Origin: a virus | Length of the DNA stretch: 44,517 nt | Virus record (IMG/VR): IMGVR_UViG_3300028802_000002 | Span: 1-44,517 of that record | Reading direction: 5' to 3' (one strand) | In this document: piece by piece, positions 6,143-14,712 of the stretch | Position numbering within the stretch: position 1 is the first letter of the stretch | Layout: each line of letters begins with the position of its first letter | Notes under the pieces: model-generated | Seen by the model: only the letters and a program-made list of their open reading frames with translations | What the model was told of the DNA's origin: nothing | The model's database searches: none | Position numbers and translations under genes: made by a program

Positions 6143-6175
6143 GGCGAGGAGGGAGGCGGGCCGGGGCCTCGCCGC
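6143..6175 (-). promoter_or_regulatory. 5' leader hairpin (GCGGCGAGG...CCTCGCC)
   Basis: The minus-strand RNA reads GCGGCGAGG-N17-CCTCGCC, between promoter P6 and the RBS. The same arms occur at 43818..43854. Confidence 0.5.
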
Positions 6176-6204
6176 GGCTGGCGTCTCGCCCCACCAGCAA
6201 GGAC

Positions 6205-6233
6205 ATTGTACCACATCGCGACAAGCGCGGCAA
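6205..6233 (-). promoter_or_regulatory. Sigma70-type promoter P6 (weaker -35)
   Basis: TTGCCG-CGCTTGTCGCGATGTGG-TACAAT. The 19-bp palindrome ATGCGACAC-G-GTGTCGCAT (6233..6251) abuts the -35. Confidence 0.6.
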
Positions 6234-6302
6234 TGCGACACGGTGTCGCATATTGGACCAAATATAGCAGTTGTAGCGCGGCAGCGTTGCAACCCCCCAC
6301 GA

Positions 6303-6329
6303 CCCCCGCTCGTTGAAAACGAGCGGGGG
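6303..6329. terminator. Strong GC hairpin bounding the GC-rich island
   Basis: CCCCCGCTCGT-tgaaa-ACGAGCGGGGG (11-bp arms). No clear U-tract on either strand. Confidence 0.45.
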
Positions 6330-6430
6330 CGGGACCCGTTTCGGCGTTATACGCTCCTCAACCCGCGTATGGGTGCATTCGTAAATCTTTATATGTTCCC
6401 GCCATATATTCGGAATACCATACTCACTAC

Positions 6431-6459
6431 TTGACACCAGCCCTAGCGCGTGTTAAAAT
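6431..6459 (+). promoter_or_regulatory. Sigma70-type promoter P7 (start of the late rightward operon)
   Basis: TTGACA-CCAGCCCTAGCGCGTGT-TAAAAT, 35 nt upstream of the ATG at 6495. Confidence 0.8.
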
Positions 6460-6477
6460 TCGCTCAGCGAATTTTAA
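6453..6477. promoter_or_regulatory. 25-bp perfect palindrome over the -10 and expected TSS of P7 (operator candidate)
   Basis: TTAAAATTCGC-tca-GCGAATTTTAA, read directly. Confidence 0.55.
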
Positions 6478-6494
6478 TCGCGGAGTTATACCCC

Positions 6495-7082
6495 ATGGCT
6501 GGTCCTTTCGATGATTTGGTAGGCGAATTAACCCCAGGCCAAGTAGGCTGGCTTCCTTTGGATGAGGAAGGTAATCCAACTGGTCCCGCAACAATTCATC
6601 CGCCTCCTCCGCCTGCTTTGGCTTGCTCGGTTATGTGTAATCCCAATTCGCCACTCCCCGAGGGCCAACATCTACTTATTACTCCTACTGGCGCTGATTT
6701 GGATCCCCCTCTCGTGTCCAACGTGGAACGCAGACCCGAAGATTACGTAGGCGTTGCCCCTCCCGCTATTGTTTCGCTTTCGCCCGCCACTGCCGTTTGC
6801 GGGACAGATCCCGATTTCGAAATGCATGTTAATGGAACTGGGTTTACACCAACAAGCGTCATTGTGTTCAACGGGCACGACGAACCTACGGATTATATTT
6901 CGGCCACCGATATTCATACCGGGGTCAAGCCATCCCTTTTCGTAGTCCCCGCAGTTTGCCCCGTTCAAGTTAAAGACAACTTTAGAACATCTAATTCGGT
7001 GAACTTTGAATTCATCGCGCCTGAAGCAGGCGGGGAATCGAGGCGGATAAAAGAGGATAACCGCAAGCAGTTTAGATCTTAA
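6495..7082 (+). CDS. Pro-rich protein with a C-terminal IPT/TIG-like Ig domain
   Basis: ATG at 6495 after a GGAG RBS; the ORF-track start at 6450 lies inside P7. 'PAIVSLSPATAVCGTDPDFEMHVNGTGFTPTSVIVFNGHDEPTDYISATDIH...VQVKD' follows the IPT/TIG pattern. Confidence 0.65.
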   Translation: MAGPFDDLVGELTPGQVGWLPLDEEGNPTGPATIHPPPPPALACSVMCNPNSPLPEGQHLLITPTGADLDPPLVSNVERRPEDYVGVAPPAIVSLSPATAVCGTDPDFEMHVNGTGFTPTSVIVFNGHDEPTDYISATDIHTGVKPSLFVVPAVCPVQVKDNFRTSNSVNFEFIAPEAGGESRRIKEDNRKQFRS

Positions 7083-7096
7083 CAGGAGGACCACCA

Positions 7097-7600
7097 ATGG
7101 CTGAGACGAAGACCCCACAGCAACTGAAAGCTGAAGAAGAAGCCCGCCAGAAGAATCAAGCCAATTCGGAGCCGAAGCGAGCAAGCTCCACGGTACCTGG
7201 AGCAGCCACCACGTATGGTAGAGCACCGGTTACTGTTGACCCCAAAGATCTCCCGGAAATGTCTATGACTTTGGATGAAGTCAAATCACTCGCTGGAGAT
7301 ATTCAGCGCGGCGAGTTGGCCCATATCAAGTTGACTCCTGAGGGCGAACCAACCGGTGCTGCTTTCAGAGATATTCCGAAGGCAGATGACATTACTGCCC
7401 CGGTTTATGGAACCCCCGCTGTCCAATTCGATGAATTGGTGACGCCAAGCGGTGCCCCCATCACGAAGCATATGAATCCGGAGCAAGCTATTTGGGATTC
7501 GGGCATGCTGGCCAGAAATCCAATCCCGGAGCCGGATGAGCGGCAGAAGAAATATAGACAGATTGGTGGCGGCGTGGTGAATCAGCCTGTTACGGTGTAG
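7097..7600 (+). CDS. Hypothetical protein (167 aa)
   Basis: AGGAGG RBS. Shares the short 'EG(N/E)PTG' motif with the preceding gene. Confidence 0.7.
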   Translation: MAETKTPQQLKAEEEARQKNQANSEPKRASSTVPGAATTYGRAPVTVDPKDLPEMSMTLDEVKSLAGDIQRGELAHIKLTPEGEPTGAAFRDIPKADDITAPVYGTPAVQFDELVTPSGAPITKHMNPEQAIWDSGMLARNPIPEPDERQKKYRQIGGGVVNQPVTV

Positions 7601-7603
7601 CAT

Positions 7604-8098
7604 TTGGACGACGAGCATGTACCCAATGATCTGGTCGCTCTCCCGACAATGCCATACGGTGAGCGACCAGCGGAATTGCCTCTCGACGTAGAGGAATGTA
7701 GAACTGCTATTTGGATGGGTCGCGGCAATATAACCGAGGCCGCGAAGTTACTTAAAATTACTAGTATTCGGTTACGCGCTTTTGTTAAAAAGTCGCCCTA
7801 CCTCACTGCGGAAATGCAGGAAGCAGCTGATAGACTCGTTGATATAGCGGAATCAAATGTCCTTGATGCGCTTACGGACGAATTGGATCCATCTCGGCGA
7901 GACACTATGTCTAGATTCGTACTTACTAACATCGGGAAGCATCGCGGGTGGGGAACCGCTGGATCAGGAAACCTCAATATTAAAAACGCCGTTGGTGGAA
8001 CTATTGTCGTCCAGTGGGCAGACGGAACATCATTTGGGTCGCCAGAACCGGAAGAAGACAACGCGAAGGTGATTGAACATGACGACACAGCCGCGTGA
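7604..8098 (+). CDS. Putative terminase small subunit or HTH DNA-binding protein
   Basis: TTG start. 'RGNITEAAKLLKITSIRLRAFVKK' looks like an HTH. The gene lies two positions upstream of TerL. Confidence 0.45.
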   Translation: MDDEHVPNDLVALPTMPYGERPAELPLDVEECRTAIWMGRGNITEAAKLLKITSIRLRAFVKKSPYLTAEMQEAADRLVDIAESNVLDALTDELDPSRRDTMSRFVLTNIGKHRGWGTAGSGNLNIKNAVGGTIVVQWADGTSFGSPEPEEDNAKVIEHDDTAA

Positions 8099-8348
8099 AG
8101 CAATTGAACCGTTATTGTCGCGCCTAGAGCGCGCAAAAATAGTCTCCGTACACCTCAGGAATGCGCTCGACGATGTCCCTTCTTCTGTCGAAGGCAATTC
8201 GCTGAAGTCACAGTTGGACCGGTTTTTGGCTCACGTTGAAAAGCAACTTCCTAAACCACCAGAGCTTAAAGTAGAGGAATTTAAACAACCCGAATCATTC
8301 TATCATGTGAATGATCCTCCTAAAAATCCAAACATCCCAGAGGAATAA
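8073..8348 (+). CDS. Hypothetical protein (91 aa)
   Basis: ORF with a GGTG RBS, between the putative TerS and TerL. Confidence 0.55.
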   Translation: MNMTTQPREAIEPLLSRLERAKIVSVHLRNALDDVPSSVEGNSLKSQLDRFLAHVEKQLPKPPELKVEEFKQPESFYHVNDPPKNPNIPEE

Positions 8349-9670
8349 TGCAAGCTGCGCAGGAACTAGTAACCCCGAGAATAACTATCCCGTATGTTCC
8401 GCGCGAGCACTTCAAAGCCTTGCATCTTTCCCAAAAGCGCTGGAAATTCGTCGTAGCGCATCGCCGCGCTGGAAAGACGGTGGCGTTATGCAACCAAGTT
8501 ATCCGAAAAGCCCTAGAGAACAAGCGGTCATTCCCACCCCCGCGCTATGGGTATATTGGGCCATCATTTGCACAAGCCAAAGATCTCGTGTGGGGGTATT
8601 ACAAGCATTATACGAATGTTCTTCCTTCGGTGAAGGTTACAGAAGGGGATTTGCAGATTGTGCTTCCCAACGGAGCGATGATCAACCTCTACGGGGGCAG
8701 CGCGGCATATGAACGAATGCGCGGATTGTATTTTGATGGAATCGTCGCTGACGAGTATCCTTTACTTAACCCTTCTATGCTTGGCTCTGTTGTTCGCCCT
8801 TGTTTGGCTGACTATCAAGGATGGGCGGTTATATCTGGCACGAGCAACGGAGATGATCACTTCCACGAACTCAAAAAGCGGGCCGAAAAAGAAATAGCAT
8901 ATTGGGATTTGTTCAATATACCCGTAACTGATACGGATGCATTGGACCCCGACGAAGTAATCGAGATGCGCAAGGACATGACGGGGGATGAGTTCGCCCG
9001 TGAAATGATGTGTTCTTTCGACGCACCCGTGGAGGGGAGTTACTACGGCGAAGTTCTCAACGATATACAACTACAAGGACAGATTACAGGTGTTCCGTAT
9101 GACCCCAATTCGCTAGTTATGACTTGGTGGGATCTCGGCATTGACGATGAGATGGTTATTTGGTTTGCGCAAATTTGTGGGAGGGAGATTCATGTCATCG
9201 ACATCATCCAAAATTCCGGAAAAGGGCTTGACTTCTATGTTGGACAAATTAAATCCAAGCCCTACCAATATGGGGTACACGTACTCCCCCACGACATTAA
9301 AGCTAGAGAGCTTGGCACTGGCGTTTCTCGCAAAGAAGTCCTTGACGGTATGCTCCCAAGCACTTTTGTCTGCCCACAACACACCGTCGAAGACGGAATC
9401 AGTGCAACTCGAGCTGCCCTTCGAATGATGTGGTTTGATAAGGTGCGGACAGAGCCGGGTTACACCGCACTGCGAAATTATCACAAAGGGCCAACGGGCA
9501 AACCGATCCACAATTGGGCTTCTCACGCTTCTGACGCTATGCGAATTGGCTGTGTCGCGCTGAATATGATCCGACCAATGATAGGTGGTAGCAACGTTAT
9601 TGGTATCGGGGAAGGTGCTCTGAGGCGGAACCTTAAGCGAATGGCCAACGGACCCAAGAGGATAAGATGA
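8348..9670 (+). CDS. terL: Terminase large subunit
   Basis: Walker A 'VAHRRAGKT', Walker B 'GIVADEYP', a C-terminal nuclease-like region, and a position upstream of portal. Confidence 0.9.
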   Translation: MQAAQELVTPRITIPYVPREHFKALHLSQKRWKFVVAHRRAGKTVALCNQVIRKALENKRSFPPPRYGYIGPSFAQAKDLVWGYYKHYTNVLPSVKVTEGDLQIVLPNGAMINLYGGSAAYERMRGLYFDGIVADEYPLLNPSMLGSVVRPCLADYQGWAVISGTSNGDDHFHELKKRAEKEIAYWDLFNIPVTDTDALDPDEVIEMRKDMTGDEFAREMMCSFDAPVEGSYYGEVLNDIQLQGQITGVPYDPNSLVMTWWDLGIDDEMVIWFAQICGREIHVIDIIQNSGKGLDFYVGQIKSKPYQYGVHVLPHDIKARELGTGVSRKEVLDGMLPSTFVCPQHTVEDGISATRAALRMMWFDKVRTEPGYTALRNYHKGPTGKPIHNWASHASDAMRIGCVALNMIRPMIGGSNVIGIGEGALRRNLKRMANGPKRIR

Positions 9671-9897
9671 ATCTTCCGGAGTTATTTGCTAACGGTTGGG
9701 TTGCTTTGGACTCCACGGAGTGCAAAGTCCACCGCATTGAAATAGATGGCACTATTCGGTTTTTTGCATTTTACCCCAAGAAATGGGACGTTCTAGAGCC
9801 AACCAGATTGACGCGGGCAAAAGACGGCACAGAAGTTGAAGTTTGTATGAAGAGCATTACTGAATGGGACTCGGTGGAACTTGAGGTTAAATCATGA
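9667..9897 (+). CDS. Hypothetical protein (76 aa)
   Basis: ORF with 4-nt overlaps to both neighbouring genes. Confidence 0.6.
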   Translation: MNLPELFANGWVALDSTECKVHRIEIDGTIRFFAFYPKKWDVLEPTRLTRAKDGTEVEVCMKSITEWDSVELEVKS

Positions 9898-12098
9898 ATA
9901 TTCCCGAGCGAACCATAAACGGGCAGCCCCTTGAGCGGCTATTCGACAACGGCGTTATAGGAAATACTGGCATCCGCTCCATCGACGCGCTGAACGTCAA
10001 CGAAGAGCCGGACGAGACTGTTTACGCCGCTGCGGTTCGTGCGATGATCGACGACAGCATTTCCTTCGAAGAAAGCACCCTTGGACCCGCCCGTGAGGAG
10101 AATTTGAGATATTTCTACGGCGAATACCCGGAGCAGGAAGGTGAGGGTAAATCGAGCGCTGTTTCTACTGATTTTCGTGATACTGTTATGGCTATCCTTC
10201 CCAGCCTTATGCGTATTTTTACTTCTACCGAAAATGTTGTGAATTGCTCACCAAACTACAAGGGCCAGGAAGAAATGGCCCGACAATGTACCGATTATTT
10301 GGGCTACGTGCTTTGGGAGGATAATCCGGGATTCTTGATTGTCCACGATATTTGCAAAGACGCTCTTAGGTGCAAGACGGGTGTTGTAAAATGGTGGACC
10401 GAAACGGATAAAGAAGTCACGGAGCAAGAATTCCACAGCGTAACTCAGGAACAGTTCCAGTATTTGGTCAGCGAGAATCCGACGCTAGAAGTGCTGGATC
10501 AGAAGGCATCGGAACTATACCCGGATACGCTCGATAGCCTCCGCGTGCGCTACGTTAAGTCGAAGCCCATGACGAAGATTGCTTCGGTGCCGCTGGATGA
10601 GTTCAGAATATCGCGGAAGGCCAAGGACGTAGAATGTTCGCCTCTCATTGGGCATGATCAAATTGTGAACGTGTCAGAACTGGTCCGCCAAGGCTACGAA
10701 CTAGGCGAATTGGCTGATTATATGAATCAAAGCGCTGATAATTATTCTACGGACAGGCTGTTCCGTAATTCCGGGCTGGATCAGGGAGACTTGACCGATG
10801 CTTGGGATGTTCGGTACGGGTGCTATTACATTCGTATTGATAAAGACGGTGACGGAGTGGCCGAACTTCGCGAAATTCACACTATTGGGGATGACCATAA
10901 TATTCTGTACGATGAGATTGTACAGCACGCCAATTTCGCTGTTTGGTGCCCTGATCCTGAGCCTCATACTTTGGTTGGAGATACTCCTGCTGATCTTGTG
11001 AAAGATATTCAGACCATTAAGACAAATATGCTCCGAGGTTCTTTGGACAGCCTTGCGCAGTCCATTTGGCCTCGCACGGTGTTCAATCAGACCGTTACTA
11101 ATACCGACGATGTTCTGAACGACGAGATAGGCGCACCAATTAGAACAACCAGCGATCCTGGCAACGCGGTGATGTCTATTACCCACCAATTCGTGGGTCA
11201 GCCCGTCTTCCAAATGTTTAACGTGATGGAGCAACTCCGCCAGTCAAGGACTGGTATTTCAGATGCATCGAAAGGCGTTGACCCTAGGGCTTTGCAGTCC
11301 ACCAATGTCACCGGCATTGATGCAATTGTACAGGGCGCGCAGGAGAGAATCGAGCTATGTGCAAGGATACTCGCCGAAACTGGTATGAAACAGCTATTCC
11401 GGGGATTGTTGCGGGAAATAGTCAACAACCCCAATCAGCAGCGCACTATCCAGCTACGCGGCAAATGGGTGGATGTCAATCCGTCCACTTTCGATCCCAC
11501 TATGCGAATCAGCGTCAATCCGACCTTGGGCAAAGGATCGGACATGACTCGACTTATGGTTCTGCAAGAAGTCAAAGCTACTCAAACAGCTATCATGACC
11601 CAATTTGGCGTTGAGAACCCTCTTTGTGGCGTACAAGAGTTCCGAAATACCCTTACTGACATTTTGGCCATCGCCAATGTCAAAAACGTGGGGAGGTATT
11701 ATCGTGAAATCGATGAAGCAACAATTAAGAGGATTGCGGAGACCCCGAAGGAGCCGGATGCAGCAACGCTTCTTGCCCAGAGCGAGATGGAAAAGAATCG
11801 TGTCAAGATGGCTACCGAAATCTCCAAGTCCAACTTCAACGATCGTAAACTCCGGGTGGACGACGATTTCCGACGAGACGACATGATTGTTAAAGGACTT
11901 CTTGATGCCGCTAAGATTGAGGCACAATTTGCCGTGGACGTTAATGAAGCTGAGTTTGAAGCTGAAAATACTCCGGTGGGCGAGGATTCGGGACCGCCAC
12001 CCATTCCGGTGCCGCCGGTAGCACAAAATTTGATGGGACAAGCGAATGACCAAGCTAGTATGCGACCTGTTCCAGCCGGACCCGGAGCGCCTGTCTAA
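9894..12098 (+). CDS. Portal protein
   Basis: 734 aa, immediately after TerL. 'FRDTVMAILPSLMRIFTSTENVVNCSP...KTGVVKWW' fits a podovirus-type portal pattern. Confidence 0.8.
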   Translation: MNIPERTINGQPLERLFDNGVIGNTGIRSIDALNVNEEPDETVYAAAVRAMIDDSISFEESTLGPAREENLRYFYGEYPEQEGEGKSSAVSTDFRDTVMAILPSLMRIFTSTENVVNCSPNYKGQEEMARQCTDYLGYVLWEDNPGFLIVHDICKDALRCKTGVVKWWTETDKEVTEQEFHSVTQEQFQYLVSENPTLEVLDQKASELYPDTLDSLRVRYVKSKPMTKIASVPLDEFRISRKAKDVECSPLIGHDQIVNVSELVRQGYELGELADYMNQSADNYSTDRLFRNSGLDQGDLTDAWDVRYGCYYIRIDKDGDGVAELREIHTIGDDHNILYDEIVQHANFAVWCPDPEPHTLVGDTPADLVKDIQTIKTNMLRGSLDSLAQSIWPRTVFNQTVTNTDDVLNDEIGAPIRTTSDPGNAVMSITHQFVGQPVFQMFNVMEQLRQSRTGISDASKGVDPRALQSTNVTGIDAIVQGAQERIELCARILAETGMKQLFRGLLREIVNNPNQQRTIQLRGKWVDVNPSTFDPTMRISVNPTLGKGSDMTRLMVLQEVKATQTAIMTQFGVENPLCGVQEFRNTLTDILAIANVKNVGRYYREIDEATIKRIAETPKEPDAATLLAQSEMEKNRVKMATEISKSNFNDRKLRVDDDFRRDDMIVKGLLDAAKIEAQFAVDVNEAEFEAENTPVGEDSGPPPIPVPPVAQNLMGQANDQASMRPVPAGPGAPV

Positions 12099-12339
12099 CC
12101 ACGAGACAGAGGAGAAGTCCCTGGAAGCGCGAGACTTGTTGGATAATCATGTGTTGCAAGAGGCGCTCAACGATATATATTCTAGGGCCGTGGGAACATT
12201 ACTGGACTCCGAAGTTGGGAGCTTGACAGCCGGGGCGGCGCATGCTACCATAAAATCCATCACGGATCTTATCGCACAGCTAGAAGAGTACATCGCCGAC
12301 CACAAGGTGAGGCAGAAGTACAATAAGGGAGATAAATAA
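12046..12339 (+). CDS. Hypothetical protein (97 aa) between portal and scaffold
   Basis: ATG at 12046 overlaps the portal 3' end by 53 nt, so the start is uncertain. Promoter P11 lies inside it. Confidence 0.5.
   Translation: MTKLVCDLFQPDPERLSNHETEEKSLEARDLLDNHVLQEALNDIYSRAVGTLLDSEVGSLTAGAAHATIKSITDLIAQLEEYIADHKVRQKYNKGDK
12223..12251 (+). promoter_or_regulatory. Sigma70-type promoter P11 (internal; ahead of scaffold and capsid genes)
   Basis: TTGACA-GCCGGGGCGGCGCATGC-TACCAT. Together with terminator 14516..14545 it brackets the scaffold and capsid genes. Confidence 0.6.
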
Positions 12340-13421
12340 TGGGTGACACGCCGCAAGTAGCCAACCGTGAAGTCCCCATGGATTCTATGTTTCCCAACGT
12401 GACTAATGGTAATGAAGTTGATGAGGAAAGCCCCGTAAAGGGTGGCGGCGATGAGGACAGCCCGGAGGATTTGATCTATGGCAAAGAAAACGATAAGGCC
12501 GGTCCAAGGGATCCTGGCAAGGGAGATAGACCGGATCGGCCAAGCGACGATGACGAAGGGGAGGCTGGAGAGGACGAGTCCGACGACGGGGATGACGATA
12601 CTGGAGCAGAAGAAGGGGAAGATGAAGAGGCCACCGAAGGCGACGAATCCAGCGATCTTTCCAAAAAGGTCGAAGTCACCGTGGACGGGGAGCCTGTAGA
12701 AGTAACTCTCAAAGAAGCCCTCGAGGGTTATGTTCGCACCGAGACATTTCATCGGCGCATGAATCAATTGGATGAGGCGAAAAAGATAGTTCGCCGCGCT
12801 GCTGCCGATGCTGTGCAAAATTATGAATACTCCATGAACGTCGCAAAGCAGATGCAAGCGCACATGGATACAATGATCCCGCCAGAGCCAGATTGGGACA
12901 AGGAATTCGCTGCGGACCCTGCTAAAGCGCGAGAGTTGCAGCGCTACTACGAGAAGGCTAATGGATTCCGCGCTCAGATGCAACAACAGATGAACGAAGT
13001 GGCTCAGAAGGCTGCTCAATCAAATCAAACTCAGTTGGCGGCGTTCGCCGAAGAGGAAGCCGCTAAATTCGAATCCGCGAATCGCAAGACATGGAGCGAC
13101 CCTAAAAAGAAGTCCAAGGACTTGCAGTCGATGCGCAAGACTGGCTTATCTTCCGGGTTCTCCGAAGAAGAATTGTCGCAAGTATACGACAGCAGGATGC
13201 TTCAGGTTCTCCTGAAGGCGTCCAAGTACGACCGGATGATGGCTGCTAAGCCCAAGCCAGTCATTCGTCAGCCGCAAGGCAAGCCTATACCTCCGGGGAC
13301 GGGAAGCGCTAAGTCGCGCACGGTCCACAAGGGAGTTAATCAGGCAATGAAGAGGCTCAGCCGCACCGGGAGCATGGAAGATGCTGCCGTTGTATTTGAC
13401 CAGATTCTTGCAAGAGGATAA
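12339..13421 (+). CDS. Scaffolding protein
   Basis: Highly acidic N-terminus (DDDEGEAGEDESDDGDDD), helical Q/K/E-rich remainder, and a position between portal and capsid. Confidence 0.7.
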   Translation: MGDTPQVANREVPMDSMFPNVTNGNEVDEESPVKGGGDEDSPEDLIYGKENDKAGPRDPGKGDRPDRPSDDDEGEAGEDESDDGDDDTGAEEGEDEEATEGDESSDLSKKVEVTVDGEPVEVTLKEALEGYVRTETFHRRMNQLDEAKKIVRRAAADAVQNYEYSMNVAKQMQAHMDTMIPPEPDWDKEFAADPAKARELQRYYEKANGFRAQMQQQMNEVAQKAAQSNQTQLAAFAEEEAAKFESANRKTWSDPKKKSKDLQSMRKTGLSSGFSEEELSQVYDSRMLQVLLKASKYDRMMAAKPKPVIRQPQGKPIPPGTGSAKSRTVHKGVNQAMKRLSRTGSMEDAAVVFDQILARG

Positions 13422-13426
13422 CTCTC

Positions 13427-14500
13427 ATGCCCGTAACAACCGGTGCCTTTACGACCTACGGGGCGAAAGGTAACAGAGAAGATCTGTCTAACTCTATTTA
13501 CAACATCGACCCATTCGATACGCCCGTCATGTCATTGTCGCGCCGCCGCAATGCCAAGAACCGGACATTCGACTGGCAGACTGAAAACCTCCCCGTCGTT
13601 GATCCGAACAACGCCCAGCTCGAAGGCTTTGTGAACGTCAATAGCACGGCTACTCCGACGGTTCGTTTGACCAACGTCACGCAGATTTCAAAGCGTGACG
13701 CAACTGTATCCGGATCGCAGGAAGCTTCCGACGCTGCTGGCAAGGGTTCGGAGCTTGGCCACCAAATGGCGATGGCATCCAAGGTCCTCAAGTCGGACAT
13801 GGAAACTATCATGTGCTCGCGGCAAGCCCGCGTGGACGGTGATGCAACGGCAACTGCTCGCCGAACCGAAGCTATCGCGCATTGGCTTGGTCGTGCGGTT
13901 GACAAACTATCTGCTCCTGCAGGTGCGGTTATTGGTGTCACTGCTGGCCTTCCGGTACTGGCTACCGATGCTTTCGCTGCAGTCGTTGGTGGCTCTCAAG
14001 TTGCTTTCACTGAAGTAATGGTTGGTGATGCGATGCAGAAGGCATACACCAATGGTGCTTCGCCGGACAAACTAATTGTTCCCCCGGCCATTAAGCGCAC
14101 TGTTTCGACCTTCGATGGTCGCAACGGTTCGCAAATCCTCGTTGGCAAGACCGAAGTGGTAGCCACCGTCGATGTTATTGCTACCGATTTTGGTCGTATT
14201 ACGTGCCTTCCGTCGCGCTGGATGCCAACTGACGTTGCATTCATTCTCGATGCTGACTACCTCGCTACTGCATTCTTCCGGAACTTCAAGACGGAACCCC
14301 TCGCCAAGATGGGTGATGCGGAAACCCGTATGATTCTGGCAGAGTGGGGCGTTGAGATGCGCAACCCGCTGGGCCATATTATGTTCAACGGTGTCAAGCA
14401 GGGTGCAGTTATTACAACGCTGACCACCCAAGCAGCGCTCGACGCAGCGAGAACACCTCACTCCGATCTTAAAGACGGCGTGATCGTCGATCGCAAATAG
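13427..14500 (+). CDS. Major capsid protein (SU10/P22-like, HK97 fold)
   Basis: N-terminal signature 'GNREDLSNSIYNIDPFDTPVMS...RTFDWQTENL'. Followed by a strong terminator. Confidence 0.85.
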   Translation: MPVTTGAFTTYGAKGNREDLSNSIYNIDPFDTPVMSLSRRRNAKNRTFDWQTENLPVVDPNNAQLEGFVNVNSTATPTVRLTNVTQISKRDATVSGSQEASDAAGKGSELGHQMAMASKVLKSDMETIMCSRQARVDGDATATARRTEAIAHWLGRAVDKLSAPAGAVIGVTAGLPVLATDAFAAVVGGSQVAFTEVMVGDAMQKAYTNGASPDKLIVPPAIKRTVSTFDGRNGSQILVGKTEVVATVDVIATDFGRITCLPSRWMPTDVAFILDADYLATAFFRNFKTEPLAKMGDAETRMILAEWGVEMRNPLGHIMFNGVKQGAVITTLTTQAALDAARTPHSDLKDGVIVDRK

Positions 14501-14515
14501 CTCCCCCGAGCCTTG

Positions 14516-14545
14516 CCACCCCCTTAACGGGGGTGGTCTTTCATT
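14516..14545 (+). terminator. Intrinsic terminator after the capsid gene
   Basis: CCACCCCC-ttaac-GGGGGTGG followed by TCTTTCATT. Confidence 0.8.
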
Positions 14546-14559
14546 ATATGGAGGAAGTC

Positions 14560-14712
14560 ATGCCGAGTAAATCTGCAAAGCAGGCTCGCACAATGGCGGC
14601 GGCTGCGCATAATCCCAAGTTTGCCAAGAAGGTTGGCATTCCGACCAAGGTCGCCAAGGAATTCAATCAGGCCGACAAGGGAACGGGCAAGATTCGACCC
14701 AAGAAAAAATAA
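14560..14712 (+). CDS. Small lysine-rich protein (50 aa; below the ORF-track cutoff)
   Basis: Hand translation gives MPSKSAKQARTMAAAAHNPKFAKKVGIPTKVAKEFNQADKGTGKIRPKKK. GGAGGAAG RBS. Its TAA overlaps the next ATG. Confidence 0.6.
   Translation: MPSKSAKQARTMAAAAHNPKFAKKVGIPTKVAKEFNQADKGTGKIRPKKK

Noticed and set aside
5469-6437. ORF-track entries 5469..6437 (-) of 322 aa, 5488..6129 (+) of 213 aa, 5872..6300 (-), 5967..6434 (+) and other long ORFs in the GC-rich segment.
   Set aside because: The translations are Arg/Pro/Ala-rich and low in complexity, which is typical of stop-codon depletion in high-GC DNA. They overlap each other in several frames. Only the 5627..6127 frame has an RBS, a promoter and clear paralogues elsewhere in the genome.
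12147-13019. 290-aa ORF on the minus strand, antisense to the scaffolding gene.
   Set aside because: It is an antisense shadow of an acidic GA-rich coding region, lies inside a uniformly plus-strand operon, and has no RBS or promoter.
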